Of a stretch of DNA of 64,000 nt, positions 1-8,957 are shown in pieces; positions within the stretch are counted from its first letter, which is position 1, and the number at the start of each line of letters is the position of its first letter. Source of the stretch: Vulcanimicrobiota bacterium (GTDB lineage Bacteria; Vulcanimicrobiota; Vulcanimicrobiia; Vulcanimicrobiales; Vulcanimicrobiaceae); contig OY968762.1 of the NCBI GenBank assembly GCA_963695225.1, forward strand, positions 992,001 through 1,056,000, written 5' to 3'. Below the pieces are notes generated by a model. The model saw only the letters and a program-made list of their open reading frames with translations. It did no database searches and was not told the origin of the DNA. The position numbers and the translations under genes are program-made.

Positions 1-1
1 C

Positions 2-1015
2 GAATCCGGAGAGGACTTGCCTGCGGGCTGGATCGACGAGCAAGCGGCCGGCCGCTACCGGCTCGTCCGCGAGCCGGGAAACGCCGTCTTCGCCCACACC
101 GTGGGCCCGCAAGGGTGGAAGCCTCTCCTATTCCCGCCGCGGCAAACACTGTGGAAAGGTGCCGCCGAGGGCGACGGCTTCGCGGTCGAACCGGTCGCCG
201 TCCAGGCCGTTCCGACCGCGCTCATCGGCGTGCGCGGCTGCGATCTCGCGGCGATCTCGATTCAAGATCGCATCTTCCTCGAAGGCCCCTACGTCGATAG
301 CGGTTACGCCGCCCGGCGCGGCGCGCTCTTCATCGTCGCCGTCAACTGCGGGCGCGCCACCGAGACCTGCTTCTGCACGTCCATGGGGACGGGGCCGAAG
401 GCCGGCCCCGGCTACGACCTTGCGCTCACCGAACTCTGCGACGCCGGCCGGCACGATTTCCTCGTGGACGCGGGCAGCGAGCGCGGTGCGAGCCTCCTTG
501 CGCGGCTCGCCCGCCGCGCGGCCGAGCCGGCCGATCTCGCCGCTGCGGCGGAAGCGGTCGCACGAGCGGCGGCGAGCCAGGTGCGCACGATGCTCCCCGA
601 TGCGGAACGGGTCCTCAAGGAGAGTCTCGAGCACCCGCGCTGGGAGGAAGTCGCGCAGCGCTGCCTCGCGTGCACGAACTGCACGCTCGTCTGCCCGACG
701 TGCTTCTGCAGCACCGTCGAAGACGTGAACGGACTGGAAGGCGGCCGTTTCGAGCGGACCCGCCGCTGGGACAGCTGCTTCACGCTCGACCACAGTTACA
801 TCCGCGGCGGCAACGTGCGTCGTAGCACGGCTTCCCGCTACCGGCAATGGCTCACGCACAAACTCGCGCATTGGCACGATCAATTCGGCACGAGCGGCTG
901 CACCGGATGCGGCCGTTGCATCGCGTGGTGTCCGGTCCGCATCGATATCACCGAGGAAGTTTCCGCGATGGCGCGCGACGCCGTCGCGCCGGAATCAGAC
1001 GGAGGAACTGCATGA
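2..1015 (+). CDS. hydB: Sulfhydrogenase (group 3b [NiFe] hydrogenase) beta subunit, 4Fe-4S dicluster protein; 5' end lies before the window
   Basis: Frame is open from base 2. Motifs GVRGCD, CFCTSMGTGP, CLACTNCTLVCPTCFC, RRWDSC, GCTGCGRCIAWCP; first gene of the hydrogenase operon. Confidence 0.85.
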   Translation, partial: ESGEDLPAGWIDEQAAGRYRLVREPGNAVFAHTVGPQGWKPLLFPPRQTLWKGAAEGDGFAVEPVAVQAVPTALIGVRGCDLAAISIQDRIFLEGPYVDSGYAARRGALFIVAVNCGRATETCFCTSMGTGPKAGPGYDLALTELCDAGRHDFLVDAGSERGASLLARLARRAAEPADLAAAAEAVARAAASQVRTMLPDAERVLKESLEHPRWEEVAQRCLACTNCTLVCPTCFCSTVEDVNGLEGGRFERTRRWDSCFTLDHSYIRGGNVRRSTASRYRQWLTHKLAHWHDQFGTSGCTGCGRCIAWCPVRIDITEEVSAMARDAVAPESDGGTA

Positions 1016-1482
1016 CGATCAAGCCCAGCATCGCCGGCCTATTCGAAGGTAGAGGTTTTTTCGCGAACCTCCCGGAGCCGTTCGCCGAAATCATAGCCGA
1101 GCTCGCATCGGATCGCGATGTGAGATCCGGAGAGTTGCTGTTCCGCCACGGCGAAACTGCAGACCGGTTCTATCTCGTGCGGCGCGGCATGGTCGCAATC
1201 GAACTGTATGCGCCGGGGCGCGATCCGATCGTGGTCGAGCACGTGGAGAATGACGACGTCGTCGGCTGGTCTTGGCTCGTCCCGCCGTATCGCTGGAACT
1301 TCGACGCGCGCGCCGTCGGCCCGACGTCGCTCATCGCCATCGACGCACCTGCGCTTCGGGCGCGATGTAACGAGCAACCTCCCTTCGGGTACGAGATCGT
1401 GCGCCGGTTCATCCCGGTCATGGCGCACCGCCTCTCCAGCGCCCGCGAACGGCTCGTAGAATCGATCACGGAGCGCATATGA
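1012..1482 (+). CDS. Cyclic-nucleotide-binding (Crp-like cNMP) domain protein without HTH
   Basis: ATG 1012 after GGAGG, overlapping the hydB stop; LFRHGETADRFYLVRRG..VGWSWL cNMP-fold pattern. Confidence 0.8.
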   Translation: MTIKPSIAGLFEGRGFFANLPEPFAEIIAELASDRDVRSGELLFRHGETADRFYLVRRGMVAIELYAPGRDPIVVEHVENDDVVGWSWLVPPYRWNFDARAVGPTSLIAIDAPALRARCNEQPPFGYEIVRRFIPVMAHRLSSARERLVESITERI

Positions 1483-2330
1483 TCGAAGAAGCGGAGGCGC
1501 GGGCGCGGCTCGACCCGATGATTCCGCGGCCGTTCCGAATCGATCGCGTCAAGCGAGAGATCCCGGATGCCTTTAGTTGGCGGCTGCGCCCCGTAGACCG
1601 AGGGACGTTTCATTTCAAGCCGGGTCAGTTCAACATGCTCTACATGCCCGGCATCGGCGAGGTCGCGATCAGCGTCAGCGGCGATTGCCGCGAGCCCTCG
1701 TTTCTCACGCACACGATCCGCGCGGTCGGCTCGGTCACGATGGCGATGCAAGAGCTCCAAGCCGGCGCGACGATCGGCGTGCGCGGTCCCTTCGGCACCG
1801 GCTGGCCGATCGAAGCGGCCTACGGGCACGACGTGGTCTTCGTCACGGGCACGATCGGCCTTGCCCCGCTCCGTCCGCTGATTTACGAGGTGTTGCACCG
1901 GCGCGAGCACTTCGGGAAAGTCATCATTTGCTACGGCTCGCGCGGCGTCGACGACATCCTGTATGAGAAAGAGCTGCAAGAGTGGCGCGGCCGCTTCGAC
2001 ATGGAAGTCCACGTGACGGTCCACACCGCGCCGAGCGGATACCGCGGCCGCGTCGGCAGCGTCGCCGCGGCGATCAAGGTCTCGCGCTTCGACGGGCCCA
2101 ACACCGTCGCGTTCGTCTGCCGGTCCGAGGCGATGACGCGCCCCGCCGTGATGGCGCTGGGCGAAGCGGGCGTCACGCCGGATCGCATCTACGTCACGCT
2201 CGAGCGCAGCATGAAGTGTGGGATCGGCTTCTGCGGGCACTGCCAGTTCGGCCCGACGTTCATGTGCAAAGAGGGGCCGGTCTACCGCTTCGACCGCATC
2301 GAGCGCATCTTCTCGCTACGGGAGTTCTGA
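1479..2330 (+). CDS. hydG: Sulfhydrogenase gamma subunit (FAD/NAD(P)-binding, 2Fe-2S)
   Basis: [38 protein letters not shown] motifs. Confidence 0.88.
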   Translation: MIEEAEARARLDPMIPRPFRIDRVKREIPDAFSWRLRPVDRGTFHFKPGQFNMLYMPGIGEVAISVSGDCREPSFLTHTIRAVGSVTMAMQELQAGATIGVRGPFGTGWPIEAAYGHDVVFVTGTIGLAPLRPLIYEVLHRREHFGKVIICYGSRGVDDILYEKELQEWRGRFDMEVHVTVHTAPSGYRGRVGSVAAAIKVSRFDGPNTVAFVCRSEAMTRPAVMALGEAGVTPDRIYVTLERSMKCGIGFCGHCQFGPTFMCKEGPVYRFDRIERIFSLREF

Positions 2331-2332
2331 CG

Positions 2333-3127
2333 ATGGCGAAGCTCGAGAGGCCGAAGCTCGCAGTCTGGAAGTTCTCTTCGTGCGACGGCTGCCAGCTCAG
2401 CATCCTCGATTGCGAGGACGAGCTCCTCGCGATCGCGGGCGCGTTCCGGATCTCGTACTTCCTCGAGGCGACGCGCGCGCAGATCCGCGGCCCGTACGAC
2501 ATCTCGCTCGTCGAAGGTTCCATCGCCACCGCGCACGATATCGAACGGATCAAGCAGGTCCGCAAGCAATCGAAGATCCTCGTCACGATCGGCGCCTGCG
2601 CGACCTCCGGCGGAATCCAGGCCTTGCGCAACTTCCGCGACCACGCCGAGTTTTCGAATGCCGTTTACGCGCACCCCGATTACATCGACAGCCTCGCGAC
2701 CTCGACCCCGGTCGCCGACCACGTCGCCGTCGATTTCGAGATGCGCGGCTGCCCGATCGACAAGCAGCAAGCCCTCGACGGCCTCTCGGCCTACTTGAAC
2801 GGCCGCAGGCCGCGCTACCCCGCGCACGGCGTGTGCGTCGAATGCAAGCTTGCAGGCGCCGTCTGCGTCATGGTCGCGCGCGGCACGCCGTGCTTGGGGC
2901 CCGTGACCTACGCCGGCTGCGGAGCGCTGTGCCCGCGGCACGATCGCGGGTGCTACGGCTGTTTCGGCCCGAAGGAATCGCCGAACACCGCGAGCCTCAG
3001 CGCCGAGTTCGCGCGCAACGGCGCGGGCCCGCGCGAGCTCGCCGGGATGTATCGCTCCTTCAACGCGAACGCCGAAGGGTTCCGGCAACAAGGGGACGTC
3101 CACGAACGGGAAGGCCGCGAGCAATGA
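2333..3127 (+). CDS. hydD: Sulfhydrogenase delta (small) subunit
   Basis: ATG 2333; [43 protein letters not shown]. Confidence 0.9.
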   Translation: MAKLERPKLAVWKFSSCDGCQLSILDCEDELLAIAGAFRISYFLEATRAQIRGPYDISLVEGSIATAHDIERIKQVRKQSKILVTIGACATSGGIQALRNFRDHAEFSNAVYAHPDYIDSLATSTPVADHVAVDFEMRGCPIDKQQALDGLSAYLNGRRPRYPAHGVCVECKLAGAVCVMVARGTPCLGPVTYAGCGALCPRHDRGCYGCFGPKESPNTASLSAEFARNGAGPRELAGMYRSFNANAEGFRQQGDVHEREGREQ

Positions 3128-4431
3128 GCGGCAGCGAACGCCGTACCCGCACGATCCGCGTCGAAGCCCTGGCCCGCGTCGAGGGCGAGGGCGCTTTGAA
3201 CGTCCGCGTCAAGGACGGGAAGGTGACGGAGCTGTCGTTCCGGATCTTCGAGCCGCCACGGTATTTCGAAGCGCTGCTGCGCGGCCGGCCCTACGGCGAC
3301 GTCCCCGATATCGCCTCGCGGATCTGCGGGATCTGCCCGATCGCCTACAATCTCGGGGCGAGCCTCGCGATCGAAGACGCGTTCGGCATCGCGGTCGGCG
3401 GGCAGCTTCACGCGTTGCGGCGGCTCGCGTATTGCGGCGAATGGGTGCAAAGCCACGTCCTGCATACACACATGCTGCACGCGCCGGACTTTCTCGGATA
3501 TCAGGACGCGTTCGAAATGAGCCGCGACCACCCCGGCGTCGTCGAGGCCGCGCTCGCCGTCAAGAAGACGGGGAACGCGCTGATGGAGGCGGTCGGAGGC
3601 CGCGCGGTCCATCCGGTCAACCTGCGCGTCGGCGGCTTCTACAAGGTCCCGGCGCGCGCCGCGATCCGCGCGCTCGCAGAGCCGCTCGAGCGGGCGATCG
3701 AGGGTGCGATCGAAACGACGCGCTTCTTCAGCCGCTTCGAATTCCCGGATTACGAGTACGACTACATCTTCGTCGCGCTGCACGATCCCGCCGAGTACGC
3801 GATCGAGCGCGGGCAGATCACTTCGAATCACGGCCTCGCGATCGCAACGAGCGAGTTCGAGGAGCATTTCGGCGAGGAGCAGGCGCCCCACTCGACGGCG
3901 CTGCACGGCTTCATGAAGGGCGACGAACGCCCGTATCTGCTCGGGCCGTTGGCGCGCTACGCGCTCAATTACGACCAGCTCTCGCCGCTCGCGAAGCAAC
4001 TCGCGGGCGAAGCGGGCCTAGGGAGCGTCGTGCGCAATCCGTTCAAGAGCTTGCTCGTGCGCGCGATCGAAACGGCATACGCGTTGGAAGAGGCGCTGCG
4101 AATCGTCAAAGCTTACGAGGAGCCGGACGTTCCCGCGGTCCCCGTCGAGGTGCGGTCCGGGCGCGGTTTCGGCGTCACGGAGGCACCGCGCGGGCTCTGC
4201 TACCACCGCTACGACGTCGATGCCGGCGGCTTCATCGAGAGCGCGAACATCGTGCCGCCCACGTCGCAAAACCAGAAGCAGATCGAACACGACCTGCGCG
4301 ACATCGTCGAGGCGAACCTCGCGCTCTCCGACGAAGCCCTCAAGTGGCGCTGCGAGCAGACAATCCGCAATTACGACCCGTGCATCTCCTGCGCCGCCCA
4401 CGCGCTGCATTTCACGATCGTCCGGGACTAG
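3124..4431 (+). CDS. hydA: [NiFe] hydrogenase large (alpha) subunit, group 3b
   Basis: ATG 3124; RVEGEG, L1 motif RICGICP, L2 motif DPCISCAAH with short C-terminal extension. Confidence 0.92.
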   Translation: MSGSERRTRTIRVEALARVEGEGALNVRVKDGKVTELSFRIFEPPRYFEALLRGRPYGDVPDIASRICGICPIAYNLGASLAIEDAFGIAVGGQLHALRRLAYCGEWVQSHVLHTHMLHAPDFLGYQDAFEMSRDHPGVVEAALAVKKTGNALMEAVGGRAVHPVNLRVGGFYKVPARAAIRALAEPLERAIEGAIETTRFFSRFEFPDYEYDYIFVALHDPAEYAIERGQITSNHGLAIATSEFEEHFGEEQAPHSTALHGFMKGDERPYLLGPLARYALNYDQLSPLAKQLAGEAGLGSVVRNPFKSLLVRAIETAYALEEALRIVKAYEEPDVPAVPVEVRSGRGFGVTEAPRGLCYHRYDVDAGGFIESANIVPPTSQNQKQIEHDLRDIVEANLALSDEALKWRCEQTIRNYDPCISCAAHALHFTIVRD

Positions 4432-4517
4432 CGGCCCGCATGTCTCGCCGGCGGCGCTCGTGGGCACTAGGGCAGGTAGCAACCAATGACGCGCACTGCT
4501 AACTGCCGCCGAAGGGT

Positions 4518-6560
4518 TTGCATTGGCTCGACCGCTCGATTTCATTGCAGACGAATCGCAATAGCCGACTCAGCCTCGGGATAGCCGCAATCGTCGTCGC
4601 GATCGCGTCGTTCTCCGCCTGCGGAGGCGGAGGCGGCGGCGGCACGCAGCCCATGCCGAACGCGCCGCCGAGTCCCGCGCAAACCGTAGGCTCGCCGAGC
4701 GCTTCGCCGAGTGCGTCGCCTCTTCCATCGGCCACGCCGGTGCCGACCGCTTCCCCGGCCCCGACGGGTAGCGCAGGGCCGACCGCCACGCCGAAGCCTA
4801 CCGCCACGCCCGTTCCGACGCCGGCGCCGTCGCCGTCGCCCGCAACCACGCCCACGCCCACACCGACGCCGGGCGCCACGGCGACGCCCTCACCGTCGCC
4901 CGCGCCCACAAAGACGCCGACGCCCGTCCCCTCCGCAACGCCTTCGCCGGCGCCGACTGCAAGCCCGACGCCCGCTCCGACGAAGACTCCGACCCCGCCG
5001 CCGACGCCAAGCCCAACGCCGACCACCGGGGGCAGCCCGCCGCCGCTGACGGGGCCGACCGGCAATCCTTATGGATGGGGGCCGACGGGCGTCGCAAACG
5101 CGTTCGCGTTTCCCGTCCAATACGGCTACGACGGAACGGGCACGACCGTCGCCGTCATCATCGATTCCGACGTGTCGCGCGCCGATCTCGCCGCATACAC
5201 GTCGGCGTTCAAGACGCCGTCGACCGGCCGCCAGGTTACGACGATTTCAGTCGACGGCGGCGGCCAGACGGCCGTGGATTTGGAAACGACGCTCGACGTG
5301 GAAACGATCGCCGGGCTGGCACCGGGGGCGGACATCCGCATCTACGCAATGCCGGACCTCAGCGACATGAGCATCAACGATGCGTACAACCAAGTCATCG
5401 CGGACGGCGTGGCAAAGATCGCGAGCATGTCGTTCGCCGGCTGTGAAGGCCCGTACGATTCCGTCACGACGTCGCCCATCTTACAAAACGGCGTCAACAG
5501 CGGCGTCACCTTCGTTGCCTCATCCGGGGACCAGGGGAACGAATGCTATAACAACGGCATCTATCAGCCCGGGGTGCAGTATCCGGCAAGCGACCCGAAC
5601 GTCGTCGGCGTAGGCGGCAATGAAACGCCGTACGGTCTCGCGCCATTGACGAAGCCCGTCGCTTGGAACGACAGCTATAGCGTCGCCGGGCAGCTGGCAA
5701 CCGGAGGCGGAGTCTCCGCTTACGCGCCGCTTCCGTCCTTTCAAAGCGGACTTCCCGGTCTCGCCTCCACGCAGTATCGGAACGTTCCGGACGTTTCGCT
5801 GCCCGCCGTCGGTGCGGCAATCTACGAAAGCGGGTGGGGTTCCGTCTTGGGAACTTCGTGGTCGGCGCCTCAATTCGCCGCCATGCTGGCCGAAATCCGG
5901 GAGTATTGCCGTGCCGACTTAGGAAACGTCAACGCTCGTCTCTACTCAGCCTACAGGAGTGCCGGCAGCACCGATTTCATCGACGTCACCGGCGGTAACA
6001 ATCAGTTCAAGGGAACCGCGCCGTTCTACGTCGCGGCGCCCGGCTACGACAACGCGACGGGGCTCGGACTTCCGCTGGGGATGCCGCTCGCACAGACGAT
6101 GTGCCCAAATCGCGTCTTGACGTCGGGGCCGCGCCGGGCCGAAGGTCAAGCCGTTCTTTCACGTGCTGCGGCCGTACCATACGTCACCGACCTTCGGCCG
6201 GCCGTGCGCAACATCCAAGACGCCGGGCGGCGAACCAGCATCTCGCTCACATCGATTCAGATCGTCCTGCGACCGACGGCCACGCTTGCGTCGGACGAAG
6301 CGGCGGTCGTCGCGGCCCTTCGTGCGGCAGGTCTCACGATCACGAGAACCTTCGCCAATCACCTCGTCATCGATGCGCGCGGGCCGGCCGGCGCAATCGA
6401 AAGCCTCTTCCAAACGACCCTCGACGACTTCGATCAACCCGGTCACGGCATCCGCTACGCGCCGGTATCGAGGACGACGGTCCCGGGGAGTCTCGCACCG
6501 TACGTCAGCGGCATCATCCTGGATAACGTCGTGAGGGCACATCACCTGCGAGAGCCGTGA
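4518..6560 (+). CDS. Sedolisin/kumamolisin-family (S53) protease; predicted lipoprotein with Pro/Thr/Ser linker and C-terminal prodomain-like region
   Basis: Lipobox-like FSAC-GGGGGGG; catalytic ETTLD, SGDQG, GTSWSAP; Ca-site GYDNATGLG. Start codon uncertain. Confidence 0.85.
   Translation: MHWLDRSISLQTNRNSRLSLGIAAIVVAIASFSACGGGGGGGTQPMPNAPPSPAQTVGSPSASPSASPLPSATPVPTASPAPTGSAGPTATPKPTATPVPTPAPSPSPATTPTPTPTPGATATPSPSPAPTKTPTPVPSATPSPAPTASPTPAPTKTPTPPPTPSPTPTTGGSPPPLTGPTGNPYGWGPTGVANAFAFPVQYGYDGTGTTVAVIIDSDVSRADLAAYTSAFKTPSTGRQVTTISVDGGGQTAVDLETTLDVETIAGLAPGADIRIYAMPDLSDMSINDAYNQVIADGVAKIASMSFAGCEGPYDSVTTSPILQNGVNSGVTFVASSGDQGNECYNNGIYQPGVQYPASDPNVVGVGGNETPYGLAPLTKPVAWNDSYSVAGQLATGGGVSAYAPLPSFQSGLPGLASTQYRNVPDVSLPAVGAAIYESGWGSVLGTSWSAPQFAAMLAEIREYCRADLGNVNARLYSAYRSAGSTDFIDVTGGNNQFKGTAPFYVAAPGYDNATGLGLPLGMPLAQTMCPNRVLTSGPRRAEGQAVLSRAAAVPYVTDLRPAVRNIQDAGRRTSISLTSIQIVLRPTATLASDEAAVVAALRAAGLTITRTFANHLVIDARGPAGAIESLFQTTLDDFDQPGHGIRYAPVSRTTVPGSLAPYVSGIILDNVVRAHHLREP
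4650..5060 (+). repeat. Low-complexity coding repeat (PT/PS/PA-rich linker) within the S53 gene
   Basis: Translates to SPSASPSASP..PTPTPTP..PSPAPTKTPTP. Confidence 0.85.
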
Positions 6561-6581
6561 CCCCCGGAGGCGCGGTGAATT

Positions 6582-6806
6582 CTACTGCGGTGGTTTCCAC
6601 GTGAAGAGCAACCCCAGGGCGAGCGCGAGTATCGCGACGCCCCACACGATTGCGACCGCTACGAGCCACGGCCGTCTCGCCTGCTTCGGCCGCTCCTCTT
6701 CGGGAAGACGGCTCAGCCACGCCGCACGAAGGCCCAGCACGATCGGCGGCGCGATAATAAGCACGTAGAGCGCGCGATACAGCTTGTAAAACGACGGATC
6801 TTGCAA
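6582..6806 (-). CDS. Small two-TM membrane protein, unknown function
   Basis: TTG start at 6806 after a G-rich RBS; two hydrophobic segments (ALYVLIIAPPIVLGL; WLVAVAIVWGVAILALALGLLF). Confidence 0.55.
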   Translation of the reverse strand: MQDPSFYKLYRALYVLIIAPPIVLGLRAAWLSRLPEEERPKQARRPWLVAVAIVWGVAILALALGLLFTWKPPQ

Positions 6807-6893
6807 GACGGAATCCCCCCGGCAACGCCGATGCCTGCAGGGCCTAACCGTTAGTTCCCCCACCGTCTCACTACGAGACATCGACCTAGTCGC

Positions 6894-8867
6894 TCAGCGC
6901 AGGAAGTGCGTGCGCCACAGGTGCGCGTTCACGAACGGCCAGAGCGCCTCGCCCTCGTACCAATTCCAGACGGCATCGCCGCGCTTGCGCTCGACGAAGG
7001 CGCGCACGGCGCTGCCGTCCCAGAGTTCGCTTTCGACGAAGGCCGGCTCGTTCACCACGCCCCAGAGCCAGTCGCGTAACGGTCCGCCGAACCACTGCGG
7101 GAGCGGGGCGTTGAAGCCGATCTTGCTGCGCCGCGTGCGCACTTCCTCGGGAACGATGCCGCGCATCGCCTCGCGCAGGATCCGCTTCGAATAGCCGCCG
7201 CCGATCTTGCTCTCGTCCGGCAGCGAAAACGCATACCGAACGATCCGCCAATCGAGGAACGCGTTGCGGATCTCGACGCCGTGCGCCATCGAGGCCCGAT
7301 CGAACATACGCAGGATCGCCGGGAGTTTCGTCGCGTGGAACTCCCCGAAGAGGAACGCGCCGAGCGGCGACAAGCCCGCCGCCGACGCTTCGGCCTGGGC
7401 GCGCAGCGGTACGTCCGACCGCTCGTACCCGCGGATCATCGCATCCCGCGCGTAGCGCTTCGCTCCCCTGACGTGGCCGTTCGCGCCGCGCCGGACGCGC
7501 GCATAGAGCTTGCGCGCAGGAGAGGAGAGCCCGCGCAGGGCGGCGTCGTTTCGCAATGCGAGGCGCAGCCGTCCCGTGCGGCCGACAGGCCCGTTGTCCC
7601 CCGGCAGATGGTAGCGCGTCTCGACGAGATCGGCGAAGCGCCCCGGCGCTGCAAAGAAGCCTCCGGACGTTCCGAGCGCGTAATCCGTGTGGTGCAGGTA
7701 GCCGCCGAACAACTCGTCGGCGCCGTCGCCGTTGAGCGCGACCGTGACGCCCGCGCCACGCAACGCCCCGTAGAGCGACCAAACCGGCGTGTTGTCGGTG
7801 AACCACGGCTCTTCGAGATCCCGAACGACGCGCTCGACCTCTTCGACCGTTCGCCCGGCTTCAACCGGAATCCGATCGAGGGGCACGCGGGCGGCTCGCG
7901 CGACGAGTTCGGCGTAACGAAGCTCGTCGAGGGGCGTGCCGGCGAACGTCGCCGTAAAGGCTCGCTTCCATTCCGGCGCGTACCGTTCGCGAGCGTCGCT
8001 CTCGCGCGACCCGTCTTCGAGCGCGACGAGCGAACACAGCACGGCGCTCGAATCGAGCCCCCCGCTTAGCGCGATCCCGACCCGAACGTCGCTGCGCAGG
8101 CGCAAGCGCGCGGCATCGAAGAGCAGACCGCGAAGCTCCGCAGCCTGCGCGGCCAAGCCCTTCGGCGGTCGAGCGAGATGTTCGAGCGTATTCCACCACC
8201 GCCGGACGCGCGGCGCGCCGCTCGAGACGGTCAGGCAATGCCCGGGTAAGAGGCGCGTGACGCCCCGCAAGAGCGACTCGTCGTAGGCTTCGGCCGCGAG
8301 CGGATCGTCGAGCGCGCGAGCGAGCGCGGGCGTGCATTCGCGTGCCTCGAAATCGTCGAGCGCGAGGAACGCTTTCAACTCGGAGGCGAAGGCGAAGCGC
8401 CGCTCGGAAGCGGCGAAGTAGAGCGGCTTCACGCCGAAGCGGTCTCGGGAAAGGAACAGGCGCCGCTCGCGCACGTCCCACAGCGCGAAGGCCCACATCC
8501 CGTTGAAGCGGGCCTGGCAATCCTCGCCCCAGCGATCATAGGCGGCCGCAATCACTTCCGTATCGGTTTGCGTCGCGAACCGGTAACCGGCCGCTTCGAG
8601 TTCGCTCCGCAATTCGAGGAAGTTGTAGACCTCGCCGTTGTATGCGATCCAATAGCGCCCCTCGACGCAACGCATCGGCTGATGCCCGGAGGGCGTCGGA
8701 TCGAGGATCGCGAGGCGGCGGTGTCCGAGCGCGAGGGCGGCGTCGCGATCGATCAGCGTTCCTTCGCCGTCCGGCCCGCGGTGGGCGAGCGAACGCGTGA
8801 AGCGCTCGATCGTCTCCGCCCGAACCGGCGCCCCGTCAAGATTCCACACGCCGGCTATCCCGCACAT
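6894..8867 (-). CDS. asnB: Asparagine synthase (glutamine-hydrolysing) family amidotransferase
   Basis: MCGIAG N-terminus, HRGPD, HRRLAILD, NGEVYN, RDRFGVKPL, LSGGLDSS, GDGADELFGGY. Confidence 0.92.
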   Translation of the reverse strand: MCGIAGVWNLDGAPVRAETIERFTRSLAHRGPDGEGTLIDRDAALALGHRRLAILDPTPSGHQPMRCVEGRYWIAYNGEVYNFLELRSELEAAGYRFATQTDTEVIAAAYDRWGEDCQARFNGMWAFALWDVRERRLFLSRDRFGVKPLYFAASERRFAFASELKAFLALDDFEARECTPALARALDDPLAAEAYDESLLRGVTRLLPGHCLTVSSGAPRVRRWWNTLEHLARPPKGLAAQAAELRGLLFDAARLRLRSDVRVGIALSGGLDSSAVLCSLVALEDGSRESDARERYAPEWKRAFTATFAGTPLDELRYAELVARAARVPLDRIPVEAGRTVEEVERVVRDLEEPWFTDNTPVWSLYGALRGAGVTVALNGDGADELFGGYLHHTDYALGTSGGFFAAPGRFADLVETRYHLPGDNGPVGRTGRLRLALRNDAALRGLSSPARKLYARVRRGANGHVRGAKRYARDAMIRGYERSDVPLRAQAEASAAGLSPLGAFLFGEFHATKLPAILRMFDRASMAHGVEIRNAFLDWRIVRYAFSLPDESKIGGGYSKRILREAMRGIVPEEVRTRRSKIGFNAPLPQWFGGPLRDWLWGVVNEPAFVESELWDGSAVRAFVERKRGDAVWNWYEGEALWPFVNAHLWRTHFLR

Positions 8868-8957
8868 CCGTCGGTTCCTACGCCCATGACGCGCGGCGTC
8901 CTCCGACAGGCTCAGGATGCCGTCGCGGCTCAGGATGACGTAAGGCCGGCCGCCTGA

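Noticed and set aside
4499..5065. Minus-strand Gly/Val-rich ORF
   Set aside because: Antisense shadow of the Pro/Thr linker of the S53 gene
6894..8867. Lasso peptide cyclase
   Set aside because: Intact Cys-initiated glutaminase domain, and no B protein or precursor nearby
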